From assembly GCA_050250895.1 (NCBI GenBank), contig JBFWNU010000004.1, forward strand, positions 590,934 through 654,933: a stretch of DNA of 64,000 bases, in the 5' to 3' direction. This stretch comes from Vulcanimicrobiota bacterium (lineage in GTDB: Bacteria > Vulcanimicrobiota > Xenobia > Xenobiales > JADMJV01). Below are positions 7,616-16,431 of the stretch, one piece after another (the first letter of the stretch is position 1; each line of letters begins with the position of its first letter). Under the pieces are notes generated by a model, which was not told the DNA's origin, ran no database searches, and was given only the letters and a program-made list of their open reading frames with translations. A program made the translations under genes and the position numbers.

Positions 7616-8506
7616 CTAGATATAGAACCAGCCATCCTCTTCCTTGAGTCCGGGCCCTTCGAAAGTGAGCCGCTCCCGGACCGGTCGACCGTTGGTGTCG
7701 GTTCCGTCGTAGGGCACCGATTGGCCGTAGTGGTCGGCCAGGGTCGTTCCATCCACCCGCTCGACATAGACGGCGTGCCCAAAGCTGCTCACGACCGTGC
7801 TCTCTCCCAACAGTGGATCCTCACCCGCCATCGCTCGCACCCTGGTCTCGCTCCCCACTCCGAGATAATTGGCGCAGTGGCGCGGACGTTGACCCGAGCG
7901 CAGATCCTCGAGAGCTCGCTCGAAGCGCTGGTGCTCACTCAGCCAACCCTCGACCAACCCCATTTTCAGATCAGCCGCCGGCATCAGCTGGGCCCGTCGG
8001 GCGGCGGCCACCGCGTAGGCGAAGATGGCAAAGGTTTTGGTGGGCGAGGCCGCTCCCTTGAGGCAGGCAGAATCGCGAGCCAGGGCCACTTCTTCCTCAG
8101 TAAGACTGACCACCGCCCCGTCGCGTAGAGTGACCCGAAAGCCATCCTCGAGCCGCTTGACCGACTTGAAGAGCTTGCGACCGAACACTTTCATGGCGGC
8201 TTTGACGGTAGCCACCAACGCACAGTTTCCCTGACTGGTCTGAGCGAAGTCGACCACCAGGGCATCGGTCTCGAGAGGCAGTTGGAAGGCCTCGGCGAGC
8301 AGGCGGTCTTCCTGCTCGCTCCAATCGGGTGCAAAAACCCGGCCATCCCAGGCGAACTGCGGGCTGTAGACGTCCGGCCCACGGTTCCAACGGCAAGCCT
8401 CGCGCAGTGCCCTCGCAACCCGAGCGAGTCCCCACGGCGATCCGCCGGTGAGAATGGGTGCAATGCCTTGATACGGCAACGTTTTGAGTGCGACGCCCCC
8501 AACCAT
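7616..8506 (-). CDS. Papain/calpain-like cysteine protease-like protein (5' end runs through repeat A; true start uncertain)
   Basis: FAQTSQGNCALVATVKAAM (Q...C) and GHAVYV (His) motifs. Confidence 0.55.
   Translation of the reverse strand: MVGGVALKTLPYQGIAPILTGGSPWGLARVARALREACRWNRGPDVYSPQFAWDGRVFAPDWSEQEDRLLAEAFQLPLETDALVVDFAQTSQGNCALVATVKAAMKVFGRKLFKSVKRLEDGFRVTLRDGAVVSLTEEEVALARDSACLKGAASPTKTFAIFAYAVAAARRAQLMPAADLKMGLVEGWLSEHQRFERALEDLRSGQRPRHCANYLGVGSETRVRAMAGEDPLLGESTVVSSFGHAVYVERVDGTTLADHYGQSVPYDGTDTNGRPVRERLTFEGPGLKEEDGWFYI
8347..8470 (+). repeat. Non-coding repeat A, copy 2
   Basis: Direct repeat of 3768-3891. Confidence 0.9.
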
Positions 8507-8937
8507 TGTCGGCTATCTCACGAACTTTGCGCAACTTGTCTAGTGGGATTTACCCCCTGGTCTTCGCACGTGCCCATTTAGCGTCAACGACTGGGCGGAC
8601 GCGAGCAGACGGTCCTGCTCAAAGCCGCCGTGGTCCAGATTCTGAACTTCAATACCTCGAACGTCTTCACAAGATGAAATCAAAGTGATCTCAACAGTCG
8701 GGACATCTTTCTGGAGTACACGCACGTCCCCAGCTGGGAAGCGACAGACGAGAGCATCTGTGTGCGAGACGGTCTGGTGATCAGTGCCATTGGGCGCCTT
8801 CGTGTGGAAGCTTGTGAGCTCAAGCCGGGAGAGAACTTTTCGCCAAGTTCTCTGAAGAAGTCGCTCTCTGACATTGGGTGGCAACAGACAGAAGAGGTCT
8901 CTTTTTACAACATCATCCGAACCACCTATCTTTGCCG

Positions 8938-9025
8938 GGAAACGCCAATTTGGAGACTCCAGGTCAACGAGGATGCGACCGCGGGCATCTTCCTTGGCGC
9001 CCTTTTGCAGTTGCAAGACTAAGGG
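8938..9025 (+). repeat. Non-coding repeat B, copy 2
   Basis: Direct repeat of 3891-3967. Confidence 0.85.
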
Positions 9026-9120
9026 CCCCGCGCGCTTGCGGCTGGCACCCTCCGCCAACGTCCAATCCTCCGCGGCCCACCGCGGATCTCCGCGGTTTCC
9101 CCAAGTCGAGCGCCCACGCT

Positions 9121-9516
9121 CTAGCCGACGATACTACCGCCGGTGAAGTCGTTCTCGAGGCGGTCCATGTTGTCTTCGGTGATGCCGATCAGCTCGGCCA
9201 TCACCCGCGAGCCCTCTTCAGCCAGGCGCAACGCCTCGGCCGCTGCCTCGGGGTTGCGGTCGTGAGCGTAGCCACGCAACAGCTCGACCGCCTCATAGAC
9301 TAGCTCGAGCGAATCCTTGGCATCCTCCATCAACTGCTGCTCTTCCGGAGCCTTGTCGCCGACCTGGATCTGATCGAGCTGTTCATACCACCCTTTCACC
9401 TGGGCCTCGAACTGGTCGAGGTTGCTCAGAAAAGTGGGACCGTCGAGGTGACCCTGGTCGAACTGCTGCACCAGCGTGGCGGCGATGTGATAAGGGCTGT
9501 TGGGATACTGCTCCAC
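9121..9516 (-). CDS. Hypothetical acidic alpha-helical protein
   Basis: 131-aa ORF with typical codon usage and amphipathic helices. Confidence 0.7.
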   Translation of the reverse strand: MEQYPNSPYHIAATLVQQFDQGHLDGPTFLSNLDQFEAQVKGWYEQLDQIQVGDKAPEEQQLMEDAKDSLELVYEAVELLRGYAHDRNPEAAAEALRLAEEGSRVMAELIGITEDNMDRLENDFTGGSIVG

Positions 9517-9689
9517 CTGCCAGAACTACGGGGAACGCCCGTGCTTATCCTGGTCTGGTCAGGGCAAGCTGATCTGCCACGAGACGCCGAAGCGGTCGTT
9601 GAGCCACGCATATGGTAAACCACCCGCCAAAACCTTGCAAGCTTGAGCCTCTCGCGGGGTGAAGGGTAGCCGCTCTCGAAGGAGCCAGT

Positions 9690-10820
9690 ATGAGCCTGGA
9701 GGACTTCCTCAAAGAGCAGAGTGGCGGAGGAGGCGAATCGGGCCGATTCACCGTCAACCACGCCCGCGCCCTCGAGCTGATGCGGACCTATCAGCTACCC
9801 GAGCCTCGCGCCTACATCCTGAAGCTGGTGCAATGGGCTGTGGCTTGCCAACCCCGCCTGATCGAAGTCAGCGCGGATCGCGAGCACGTGAGCGTGCGCC
9901 ACGACGGGCAACCGGTGGCCGACGAGGTTCTGGCCGCCATCCTGGATGCCAGAGTCGACTTTCACCACCTTTCGCGAGGGCTCTACGGGGCCCTGGGGCT
10001 GGCGCCGGCCGAGCTCTGCCTGACTACGGCCGGCCGGCGCTACGAGTTGGTTTCGGGCAAGCAAGAGAAGGTGGCGGGGGAACCAGAGACGGTCACGGTC
10101 TTGGGACTGCGAAAGCGCCCTTTAGAAACGAGCCCCATGGTTCGGCGCGCCCTGCGACAGCGTTGGGCAACCATGAGCGTGGAAGGCCCTCTGCAGACCA
10201 TGATTTGGGATGCCACCGGTCTGGCCGGTCTGGAGGCGAGTCTGCTGAGAACCTTTTGTTACTGGTGCAAGGTGCCCTTGCGGTTGAATGGCAAGTTTCT
10301 CAACCGGCCGGGGGACGCCAACTTCGATTACGTCTGGGAGGATGGTGTGCTGGCCATGACCGATCACAACCTCACCCGGGGAAACAGCCTCTTCGTCTGC
10401 CACTTCGGCGAGGGACCTGCCGAGGTGCTGGCAGGCTGCCCCAGCCAAAGACTCAAGCTGGTCTGGGCCGAAGGGGAGCGGGAAATCGAACCCGAGGCCC
10501 GGGAAACGCTGCCCCACATCACCATCAACGGGGGCCCGGTAGCGGCCGCCCTGGGCTACAGCCGGCACTTTGCCGCCGCGGGCCTCGGTCGGCAAATCTA
10601 CTTCCTGAAGGATGGAGTGGTCATCGACAGCTTCAGCGAAACGTCTCGCCGCAGCAGCTTCGCGTTCTTCTCGGCCGGTCCCCTTCGGTGCGGCGCCGAC
10701 GGCTTCGGGTTGCTGCGCAACGCCGAATTCGAGGCCTACGTGGCCGAGCTGCGTCAGCGGTTGGACTTTTTCGACGCCTTCTTCGCCAAGCGCTCCAAGA
10801 CGTGGTTTCTTCCCATGTGA
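9690..10820 (+). CDS. Hypothetical protein with degenerate GHKL/Hsp90-like N-terminal domain
   Basis: GRFTVN..RALELMRTYQLPEP.AYILKLVQWAV...IEV...VSVRHDG. AAGGAG SD. Confidence 0.6.
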   Translation: MSLEDFLKEQSGGGGESGRFTVNHARALELMRTYQLPEPRAYILKLVQWAVACQPRLIEVSADREHVSVRHDGQPVADEVLAAILDARVDFHHLSRGLYGALGLAPAELCLTTAGRRYELVSGKQEKVAGEPETVTVLGLRKRPLETSPMVRRALRQRWATMSVEGPLQTMIWDATGLAGLEASLLRTFCYWCKVPLRLNGKFLNRPGDANFDYVWEDGVLAMTDHNLTRGNSLFVCHFGEGPAEVLAGCPSQRLKLVWAEGEREIEPEARETLPHITINGGPVAAALGYSRHFAAAGLGRQIYFLKDGVVIDSFSETSRRSSFAFFSAGPLRCGADGFGLLRNAEFEAYVAELRQRLDFFDAFFAKRSKTWFLPM

Positions 10821-10834
10821 GAGGGGCTGCCGAG

Positions 10835-10899
10835 GTTAACATCTCGTTCACACCGTGAGGCGTGATTTTATCGGGGGCGTCGAGGCGCGTCCTATCCTG
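10835..10899 (+). promoter_or_regulatory. Promoter with tandem GTTnACA boxes (copy 2 of shared motif)
   Basis: GTTAACA-N4-GTTCACA-N11-GATTTTATCG-N4-CGTC-N9-CCTATCCTG. Confidence 0.65.
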
Positions 10900-10919
10900 G
10901 CTTCAGGAGGACTACCGCA

Positions 10920-11909
10920 ATGATCATCACCAGCAATCCGATTTCCAAGCCCACCCTCACCCGCAAGCCCAACGCCCCCGAGGCCCAGGCGTCGGCGGCC
11001 AGGCCGACCGCGCCGGCGGCTGCGCCTGCCAATCCCATCGAAGAGTTCTTCGCCGGCATCGGCAAGCTACTCTTCGGCGAGCACAAGAGCGACCTTGGCA
11101 ACGACGGGCGCAAGGAGGAGGTCTTCTCGGCCGACCCTAAAGCCGACGATCGCCGCTCGATGATTTTTGTGGGCGGAGCCGGCACCAAGTTCGAAGACTC
11201 CAAGGACGAAGCCAAGTATCTGGCCGATCGGCTGGGTCGCGACGTGACCCTCATCCACAATGCTACCGAGATTCCCGAGATCGAGGGCGGCCTGTTCAGC
11301 TTTCTGACCGCTCCCGCGGCCACTCTCGAGGGGGCTGGCAAGGACCTGGCCCAGGTGGCCGACGACTTCGAAGGCAAAGGCAACGACCCGGCCGTGGATG
11401 CGGTCAAGACCGAAGTGCGCAACCGCCTTCTGCGCGGCGCCGACAAGGTCGACCTGTTGGGCTCGAGCCAGGGCAACGCCATCATCATGCGAGCCCTGCG
11501 CGAACTCAACGAAGAGCCGGGCATGGACGTGCTGATGGACAAGATCAACGTGGTCAACATGATGGGCCCGGTGCGCCAGCAAGATTACCCTGAGGGTGTG
11601 CATTACCAGCACGTCGAGATGGCTACCGATCCGGTCACCCAGCTGCTGGGCGAGAACGTCCCTCAGGCAGAGCTGGCCGATCGTCAGGCTCGCTACCGCG
11701 ACCGCGTCTTCACCCTGCCCCAGCTGATGCTCGCCGGCGGCTGGCCGGGCCATAACCCTCACGCCATCCTGGGACCGGCGCCCGGGGGCAGCAATATCGA
11801 CGACCACGAGTTGGGGACGCTGCACCTGACCCGAGCAGAGCTGTTGGCCCAACAAGCCGAAAACGTACGGCGCATCACCGACCTGTTCGATGGCGCTCAA
11901 CAGGCCTGA
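10920..11909 (+). CDS. Alpha/beta-hydrolase-like (lipase/cutinase-type) protein with low-complexity leader
   Basis: Nucleophile elbow LLGSSQGNAII, then DPV and His motifs. AGGAGG SD. Confidence 0.6.
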   Translation: MIITSNPISKPTLTRKPNAPEAQASAARPTAPAAAPANPIEEFFAGIGKLLFGEHKSDLGNDGRKEEVFSADPKADDRRSMIFVGGAGTKFEDSKDEAKYLADRLGRDVTLIHNATEIPEIEGGLFSFLTAPAATLEGAGKDLAQVADDFEGKGNDPAVDAVKTEVRNRLLRGADKVDLLGSSQGNAIIMRALRELNEEPGMDVLMDKINVVNMMGPVRQQDYPEGVHYQHVEMATDPVTQLLGENVPQAELADRQARYRDRVFTLPQLMLAGGWPGHNPHAILGPAPGGSNIDDHELGTLHLTRAELLAQQAENVRRITDLFDGAQQA

Positions 11910-11936
11910 GCAGCGGCGACTGAGAATTACTCGCCC

Positions 11937-13142
11937 ATGAGGTTCCGCTACTGGGCGTCCGCCGATGGCGGGCAGGCCCGGGATGGGGTCGTGGAAGCCC
12001 GCTCCCTGCTCGAGGCCCGTACCAAACTGTCGCGCCAGGGCTTGACGGTGCTCGTGCTCGAACCTGAGGGCCGGGTCGAGCCCGACCAGCCCGAGGCTCG
12101 CAAGCAAATGGCGGGATTGCTCTCGGCCGACGACCGCATGCTGTTCCACCTCCAGTTGTCGACTCTGCTGGCCAGCGGAGTGCCCATCGTGGAGGGGCTC
12201 GAGGTGCTCAGCCGCAGCGACTCGCCGGCCCTCAACGCGGTGGTCGAGGAGCTGTGCGTCAGGCTCTGCAAAGGTCAGACCATGGCCGCGGCCATGGCGT
12301 CCTGTGGAGCCTTCGGACCGGTCGAGATCAGTCTGGTGCAAGTGGCTGAAGAGACCGGCTCACTGGCCCAGATGTTCTCGCGCCTGGCCAGCCGATTGCG
12401 GGCCCTGGTCACGCGCCGCAATGACCTCGTCTCGGCCCTGGCCTATCCGGCCGTCATCCTGGTGGTGTGCGTGGGGCTGTTGGGGTTGCTGGTGGGCTAT
12501 ATGCTGCCTCAGTTCACCAGCATCTTCCAAAGCCTGGGCAGCGACCTGCCCTGGCTGACCCGAATGCTGTTGGGCCTGACCTCGGGGCCGTGGCTGCCGA
12601 TGGGGGCCCTGCTGGTGCTGATGGCGGGCTTCTCGCTGTGGTATTCGAGTCGCCGCGGAGGAAGCGGCCAACTGCTGCTCGAGAAGTTTCTCTACGAGGC
12701 ACCGCTGGTCGGACCGCTGGCTTTAAAGGCGCTGTTAGCCAGGCTGGGAAGCGATCTGGCCCTGATGGTCTATCTGGGTGTTCCCCTCGACAAGGCGCTG
12801 GGTCTTTTGGGGCGCCCGAGCAGCGGCTATTACTGCATGGACGAGGCCCTGCGTATGACCCGGGTCGAGCTGCAAGCCACCGGCGACCTGGCCCAGGCCT
12901 TTCGACAGTCGCCGCTCTTTCCCGAGGCCTTTGTGCAGATGGTGGTGGTGGGCCTGGAGGTGGGCCGGCTGGGCAATTTTCTCGACCAATATGCCAGGCT
13001 CGCCAACCTCGAGACCGAACTCGCCCTCGAGAACCTGTTGGGGTTGCTCGAGCCGCTCATCCTGGTGATTCTGGGCCTGGGAGTGGGTCTGGTGGTTTTG
13101 TCCGCGTTCTTACCAATGTACCAGGTGTTGTCCCAATTTTGA
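11937..13142 (+). CDS. pilC: Type IV pilus/T2SS platform protein PilC/GspF
   Basis: QLSTLLASGVPIVEGL, AEETGSL, SALAYP, LLEPLIL..., AFLPMY. Two T2SSF domains. Confidence 0.9.
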   Translation: MRFRYWASADGGQARDGVVEARSLLEARTKLSRQGLTVLVLEPEGRVEPDQPEARKQMAGLLSADDRMLFHLQLSTLLASGVPIVEGLEVLSRSDSPALNAVVEELCVRLCKGQTMAAAMASCGAFGPVEISLVQVAEETGSLAQMFSRLASRLRALVTRRNDLVSALAYPAVILVVCVGLLGLLVGYMLPQFTSIFQSLGSDLPWLTRMLLGLTSGPWLPMGALLVLMAGFSLWYSSRRGGSGQLLLEKFLYEAPLVGPLALKALLARLGSDLALMVYLGVPLDKALGLLGRPSSGYYCMDEALRMTRVELQATGDLAQAFRQSPLFPEAFVQMVVVGLEVGRLGNFLDQYARLANLETELALENLLGLLEPLILVILGLGVGLVVLSAFLPMYQVLSQF

Positions 13143-15532
13143 TGCGAGCGGTTCTGGCCACGGTCTGCCTGGCCCTGGGGGTGGTCTGCCTGGTGGGGGG
13201 CCCTGGCCCGCGCGATGGCCCTCTGCTGCTGGTGTTCGCGGTCTTCGCCATGGCCCTCGAGGCCCGGGCCGTGGCCCTGCCGGTGGCCGGAGTGGTGTCG
13301 CTGGCCTGGGTCTTCGTGTTGGGGGCGGCGATCGCTGCCGGCCTGGGCACGGCCGCCGCCGTGCTTTTGCTGCTGGCGGTATTGACCGTTCGTTTCGCCT
13401 TAAGCCCGCGGCGCAGCCTGGAAGACTTCGTGATGGACGCCCTGCCCGCCCTGGCGGCCTCGGCCAGCCTGTTGCTGGTGCCGGGCGAGCTGGTCGGGCG
13501 GATGGTCATGGCGGCGGTGGTCTGGGCCGCCACCATCGTGTTTTTACCGGGGTTGCTGGTGCCCGAGGTCCACCCCGACCTGCAGGTGGCCTGGGGACGG
13601 GCCCGCAACGAAGTGTTGGCAGCCCTGGCCAGCCTGGGGCTGGCGGGCGGCGTGGTCGCCTTGCTGGCTGGCCAGCAGCGCTGGTCAGTGTTGCTGGTGG
13701 GAGTCATCTTGCTGGCTCTGTCCCGACCCTTACGCCTGGCCGCCGAAAGCCCCTTGCCCTCAGAGCTGCGCGCCACCCATCACCACCTCCAGCGGGCCCT
13801 CGACACCAGCCAGGCGCTCGAGAGTTCGCTGCGCCGGGTCGAGAAAGAGAAGGCCACCGCCAGCGCCGAGCTGCGCCTGTTGCGGCGGCTGGGCCAGAAG
13901 GCCGGTCGCAGTCAGAGTTTTGGCGAACTGGCCGCGGCCCTGGTGGAGGTGGCCCAAGAAGTGGCTCCGCTGCGTTCGGCCGCGCTCTTTCTCGAGGACG
14001 GGCGGGCCTGCTATTGCGACAGCCCCGATCGCGAGCGCCTCGAGTCGGCCAGCCTGCTCGAGCTTGACGAGCCTCTGGTGGAGAGGTGCCGGCGCGACGG
14101 CCAGGCCCTCTATGGCAAGCCTCCCGGTGAGAGCATCTTTCGGGGCGATGCGGTGGGGGCGGCCTTGCCGGTGGGGCGAGCTGTGCTCTATCTTGGCCGG
14201 GGCGAGGGCGAGTTCGACGCCAGCCAGCGCCAGCGCCTCGAGCTGCTGGCCGAGTCGGCCGCCGGTTGGATTCAGATGGCCCGCGCCCGCGACGCCGAAC
14301 AGAGCGCCCGCACCGCCACCGAGACGGCCCTCGAGCGCCTGAGCAGCTGGGCTGACCGCCTTTCGGCCCTGCTCAACGGCGCCCGCATTCTGGCTGGCGA
14401 GCTCGAGCCGGCCCGCCTGTTCGAGCATCTCGAGGACATGCTGCGAGCGGTCTTGCCCCACCAGCGCGGTTGTTTCTTGCGCCTGGCCGACGGGCGCCTC
14501 GAGCCCCAGCGGGTCTGGCCCGAGGCGGTCGACCCCGAGGCGGCTCTGGCCCTGGGTGAAGCCATTCTCCAGAACGGCCGTCCGCTGCTCATCGAAGAGG
14601 CCGAGTCGAGCCGGTTTGCTCCCCTGTACGCCGGCCAACAGAGCTTTTTGGGAGTGCCGGCCGAGTCGCAGTACGGTCTGGCCGGGGTACTGATGGTAGC
14701 CGGCAGCCGGCCCGGCCTGTACCAGCGCGAAGATCAGGAGTTTCTCTATCTGGTGGGCCTGCTCACAGCCGTGGCCTATCGGGCCGCCAACACCCACCAT
14801 CGCCTGAAAGAATCGCAGGCGCAACTGGTTCAAGCCGGCAAGATGGCGGCAGTGGGCCAGCTGGCGGCCGGGGTGGCCCACGAGCTGAACACTCCCCTGG
14901 GAGCGGTCATGGTGCAGCTGGGTTCGGCCAGCCTCAACCTCGAGCGCGAACGCTACGACCGGGCCGCGGATAAACTTGCCTCGGCCGAGAAAGCCGCCGA
15001 GAAGGCTCGCGAGATCATCGCCAAGCTGCTGTTCTATTCGCGCGAGGCTCAACGGGGGCGGCGCCGGGTCGACCTCAACCAGGTGGTCAACGACACCCTG
15101 GCCCTGCTGGGCTCGCAGCTGACCCACGACGAAGTCGTGGTGCGCACCGAGCTCAGCGAGCTGCCCAGTGTTCTGGCCAACCAGAACGAGCTGCAGCAGG
15201 TGGTCACCAACCTGTTGCTCAACGCCCGCGACGCCGTGCTCGAGCCTACTGCCAGAGGCAAGGAGATCGTGGTCTCGACCGGCTTTGACGGGCAGGCGGT
15301 GAGGCTGGCCGTGGCCGACCAGGGGCCGGGCCTGGCCCCCGAGGTGGTCGACCGGCTGTTCGAGCCCTTCTTCACCACCAAGCCGGTGGGCAAAGGCACG
15401 GGCCTGGGCCTGTCGGTGAGCCAGCAGATCGTGACCCAGCACGAAGGCAGTCTGAGCGCCGCCAATCGGCCCGAAGGCGGAGCCGTCTTCGAGGTGCGCC
15501 TGGCCCCGGCCCGGGGGGAGGAGCCGCGATGA
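13142..15532 (+). CDS. Membrane sensor histidine kinase with GAF domains
   Basis: Multi-TM N-terminus. AGVAHELNTPL (H box), [31 protein letters not shown] overlaps the pilC stop. Confidence 0.92.
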   Translation: MRAVLATVCLALGVVCLVGGPGPRDGPLLLVFAVFAMALEARAVALPVAGVVSLAWVFVLGAAIAAGLGTAAAVLLLLAVLTVRFALSPRRSLEDFVMDALPALAASASLLLVPGELVGRMVMAAVVWAATIVFLPGLLVPEVHPDLQVAWGRARNEVLAALASLGLAGGVVALLAGQQRWSVLLVGVILLALSRPLRLAAESPLPSELRATHHHLQRALDTSQALESSLRRVEKEKATASAELRLLRRLGQKAGRSQSFGELAAALVEVAQEVAPLRSAALFLEDGRACYCDSPDRERLESASLLELDEPLVERCRRDGQALYGKPPGESIFRGDAVGAALPVGRAVLYLGRGEGEFDASQRQRLELLAESAAGWIQMARARDAEQSARTATETALERLSSWADRLSALLNGARILAGELEPARLFEHLEDMLRAVLPHQRGCFLRLADGRLEPQRVWPEAVDPEAALALGEAILQNGRPLLIEEAESSRFAPLYAGQQSFLGVPAESQYGLAGVLMVAGSRPGLYQREDQEFLYLVGLLTAVAYRAANTHHRLKESQAQLVQAGKMAAVGQLAAGVAHELNTPLGAVMVQLGSASLNLERERYDRAADKLASAEKAAEKAREIIAKLLFYSREAQRGRRRVDLNQVVNDTLALLGSQLTHDEVVVRTELSELPSVLANQNELQQVVTNLLLNARDAVLEPTARGKEIVVSTGFDGQAVRLAVADQGPGLAPEVVDRLFEPFFTTKPVGKGTGLGLSVSQQIVTQHEGSLSAANRPEGGAVFEVRLAPARGEEPR

Positions 15533-16431
15533 CTGCGAAAACCCGAATTCTGGTGCTCGAAGACGACCGCGATTTCCTCCAGGTGTTAGTCGAGAACCTC
15601 GAGGAAGAGGACTTTCCGGTGTGGGGGGCTGCCTCCAATGCCGAGGCCCTGGCCGTGGCTCAGCAGCAGACCCTCGACCTGGTCATCACCGACGTGCGCA
15701 TGGCCGGCAAGGACGGCATCGACACCCTGGCCGAACTGCGAGCCTTGCAACCCATGCTGCGCAGCATCGTCATCACCGGGTTTGCCAGCGAAGAGGCTCC
15801 CGGCCGGGCCATCCGCCAACAGGCCAGCGATTATCTCTACAAGCCGTTTCGCCTGGTCGAGCTGCTCAAGTCGATCGAGCGCACCATGCAGCACGAGCAG
15901 CAGCGCAGTCGGGCTCAAGACCTGCTGGCGCCGGTGGTAGAAGGCTATCGCAAGCTGGTGGCCGCGCTCGCCACCCTGGTCAGCAACCGCCAACTGGCGG
16001 CGGTGGAGAAGATTCGCGAGCACGCCTACAACGGCTTCTATGTCTCGGTTCGCTCCCAGGCCCTCGACGACGAACAGGCTCTGCGGGTCTGGGACGCGCT
16101 CGAAGAGCTCGAGCGCGACCGCCAGCAACTCAAGGAGGGACGCCTCGATCTGGCCTTGTGCCAGCGGCTGGTCGAGGGTTATCAGTGGACCCTCGACCTG
16201 ATGGTCGCCTACGCGCGCCAGCCTCTGGCCGCCGCCCGACCCACCGGTCCGGGCCAGGTCAGCCGCCGCCAATTCAAGCATTTCTACCAGCAGATCCAGC
16301 AGGGATGGGTGCCCATCGGGCACATGAGTCTGGCTCCCTTTCTACGCTCGCTCAATCGCTTGACCCTGAGCCAATCCCAGCAACTGGCCGCTCTCTATCA
16401 GCAGTGCTGGGGCCAACCGGAGGAGGCGTGA
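15529..16431 (+). CDS. Response regulator (REC + unknown helical output)
   Basis: ILVLEDD, ITDVRMAGKDG, VITG, YLYKPF. Confidence 0.9.
   Translation: MTAKTRILVLEDDRDFLQVLVENLEEEDFPVWGAASNAEALAVAQQQTLDLVITDVRMAGKDGIDTLAELRALQPMLRSIVITGFASEEAPGRAIRQQASDYLYKPFRLVELLKSIERTMQHEQQRSRAQDLLAPVVEGYRKLVAALATLVSNRQLAAVEKIREHAYNGFYVSVRSQALDDEQALRVWDALEELERDRQQLKEGRLDLALCQRLVEGYQWTLDLMVAYARQPLAAARPTGPGQVSRRQFKHFYQQIQQGWVPIGHMSLAPFLRSLNRLTLSQSQQLAALYQQCWGQPEEA

Noticed and set aside
3768-9025. Integron cassette array
   Set aside because: No RYYYAAC/GTTRRRY attC cores, no integrase, and cargo in mixed orientation.
8540-9058. 172-aa minus ORF and 86-aa plus ORF
   Set aside because: Both run through repeat B, and the plus frame has an upstream stop. 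At most a gene fragment.
12467-13141. N-terminal extension of the 1021-aa ORF (similar over-extensions at 15621, 23695, 36404, 36809, 40870, 48753, 50581, 51512, 54853)
   Set aside because: They overlap neighbouring real genes. Better starts with an SD, coupling or a -10 box lie downstream.
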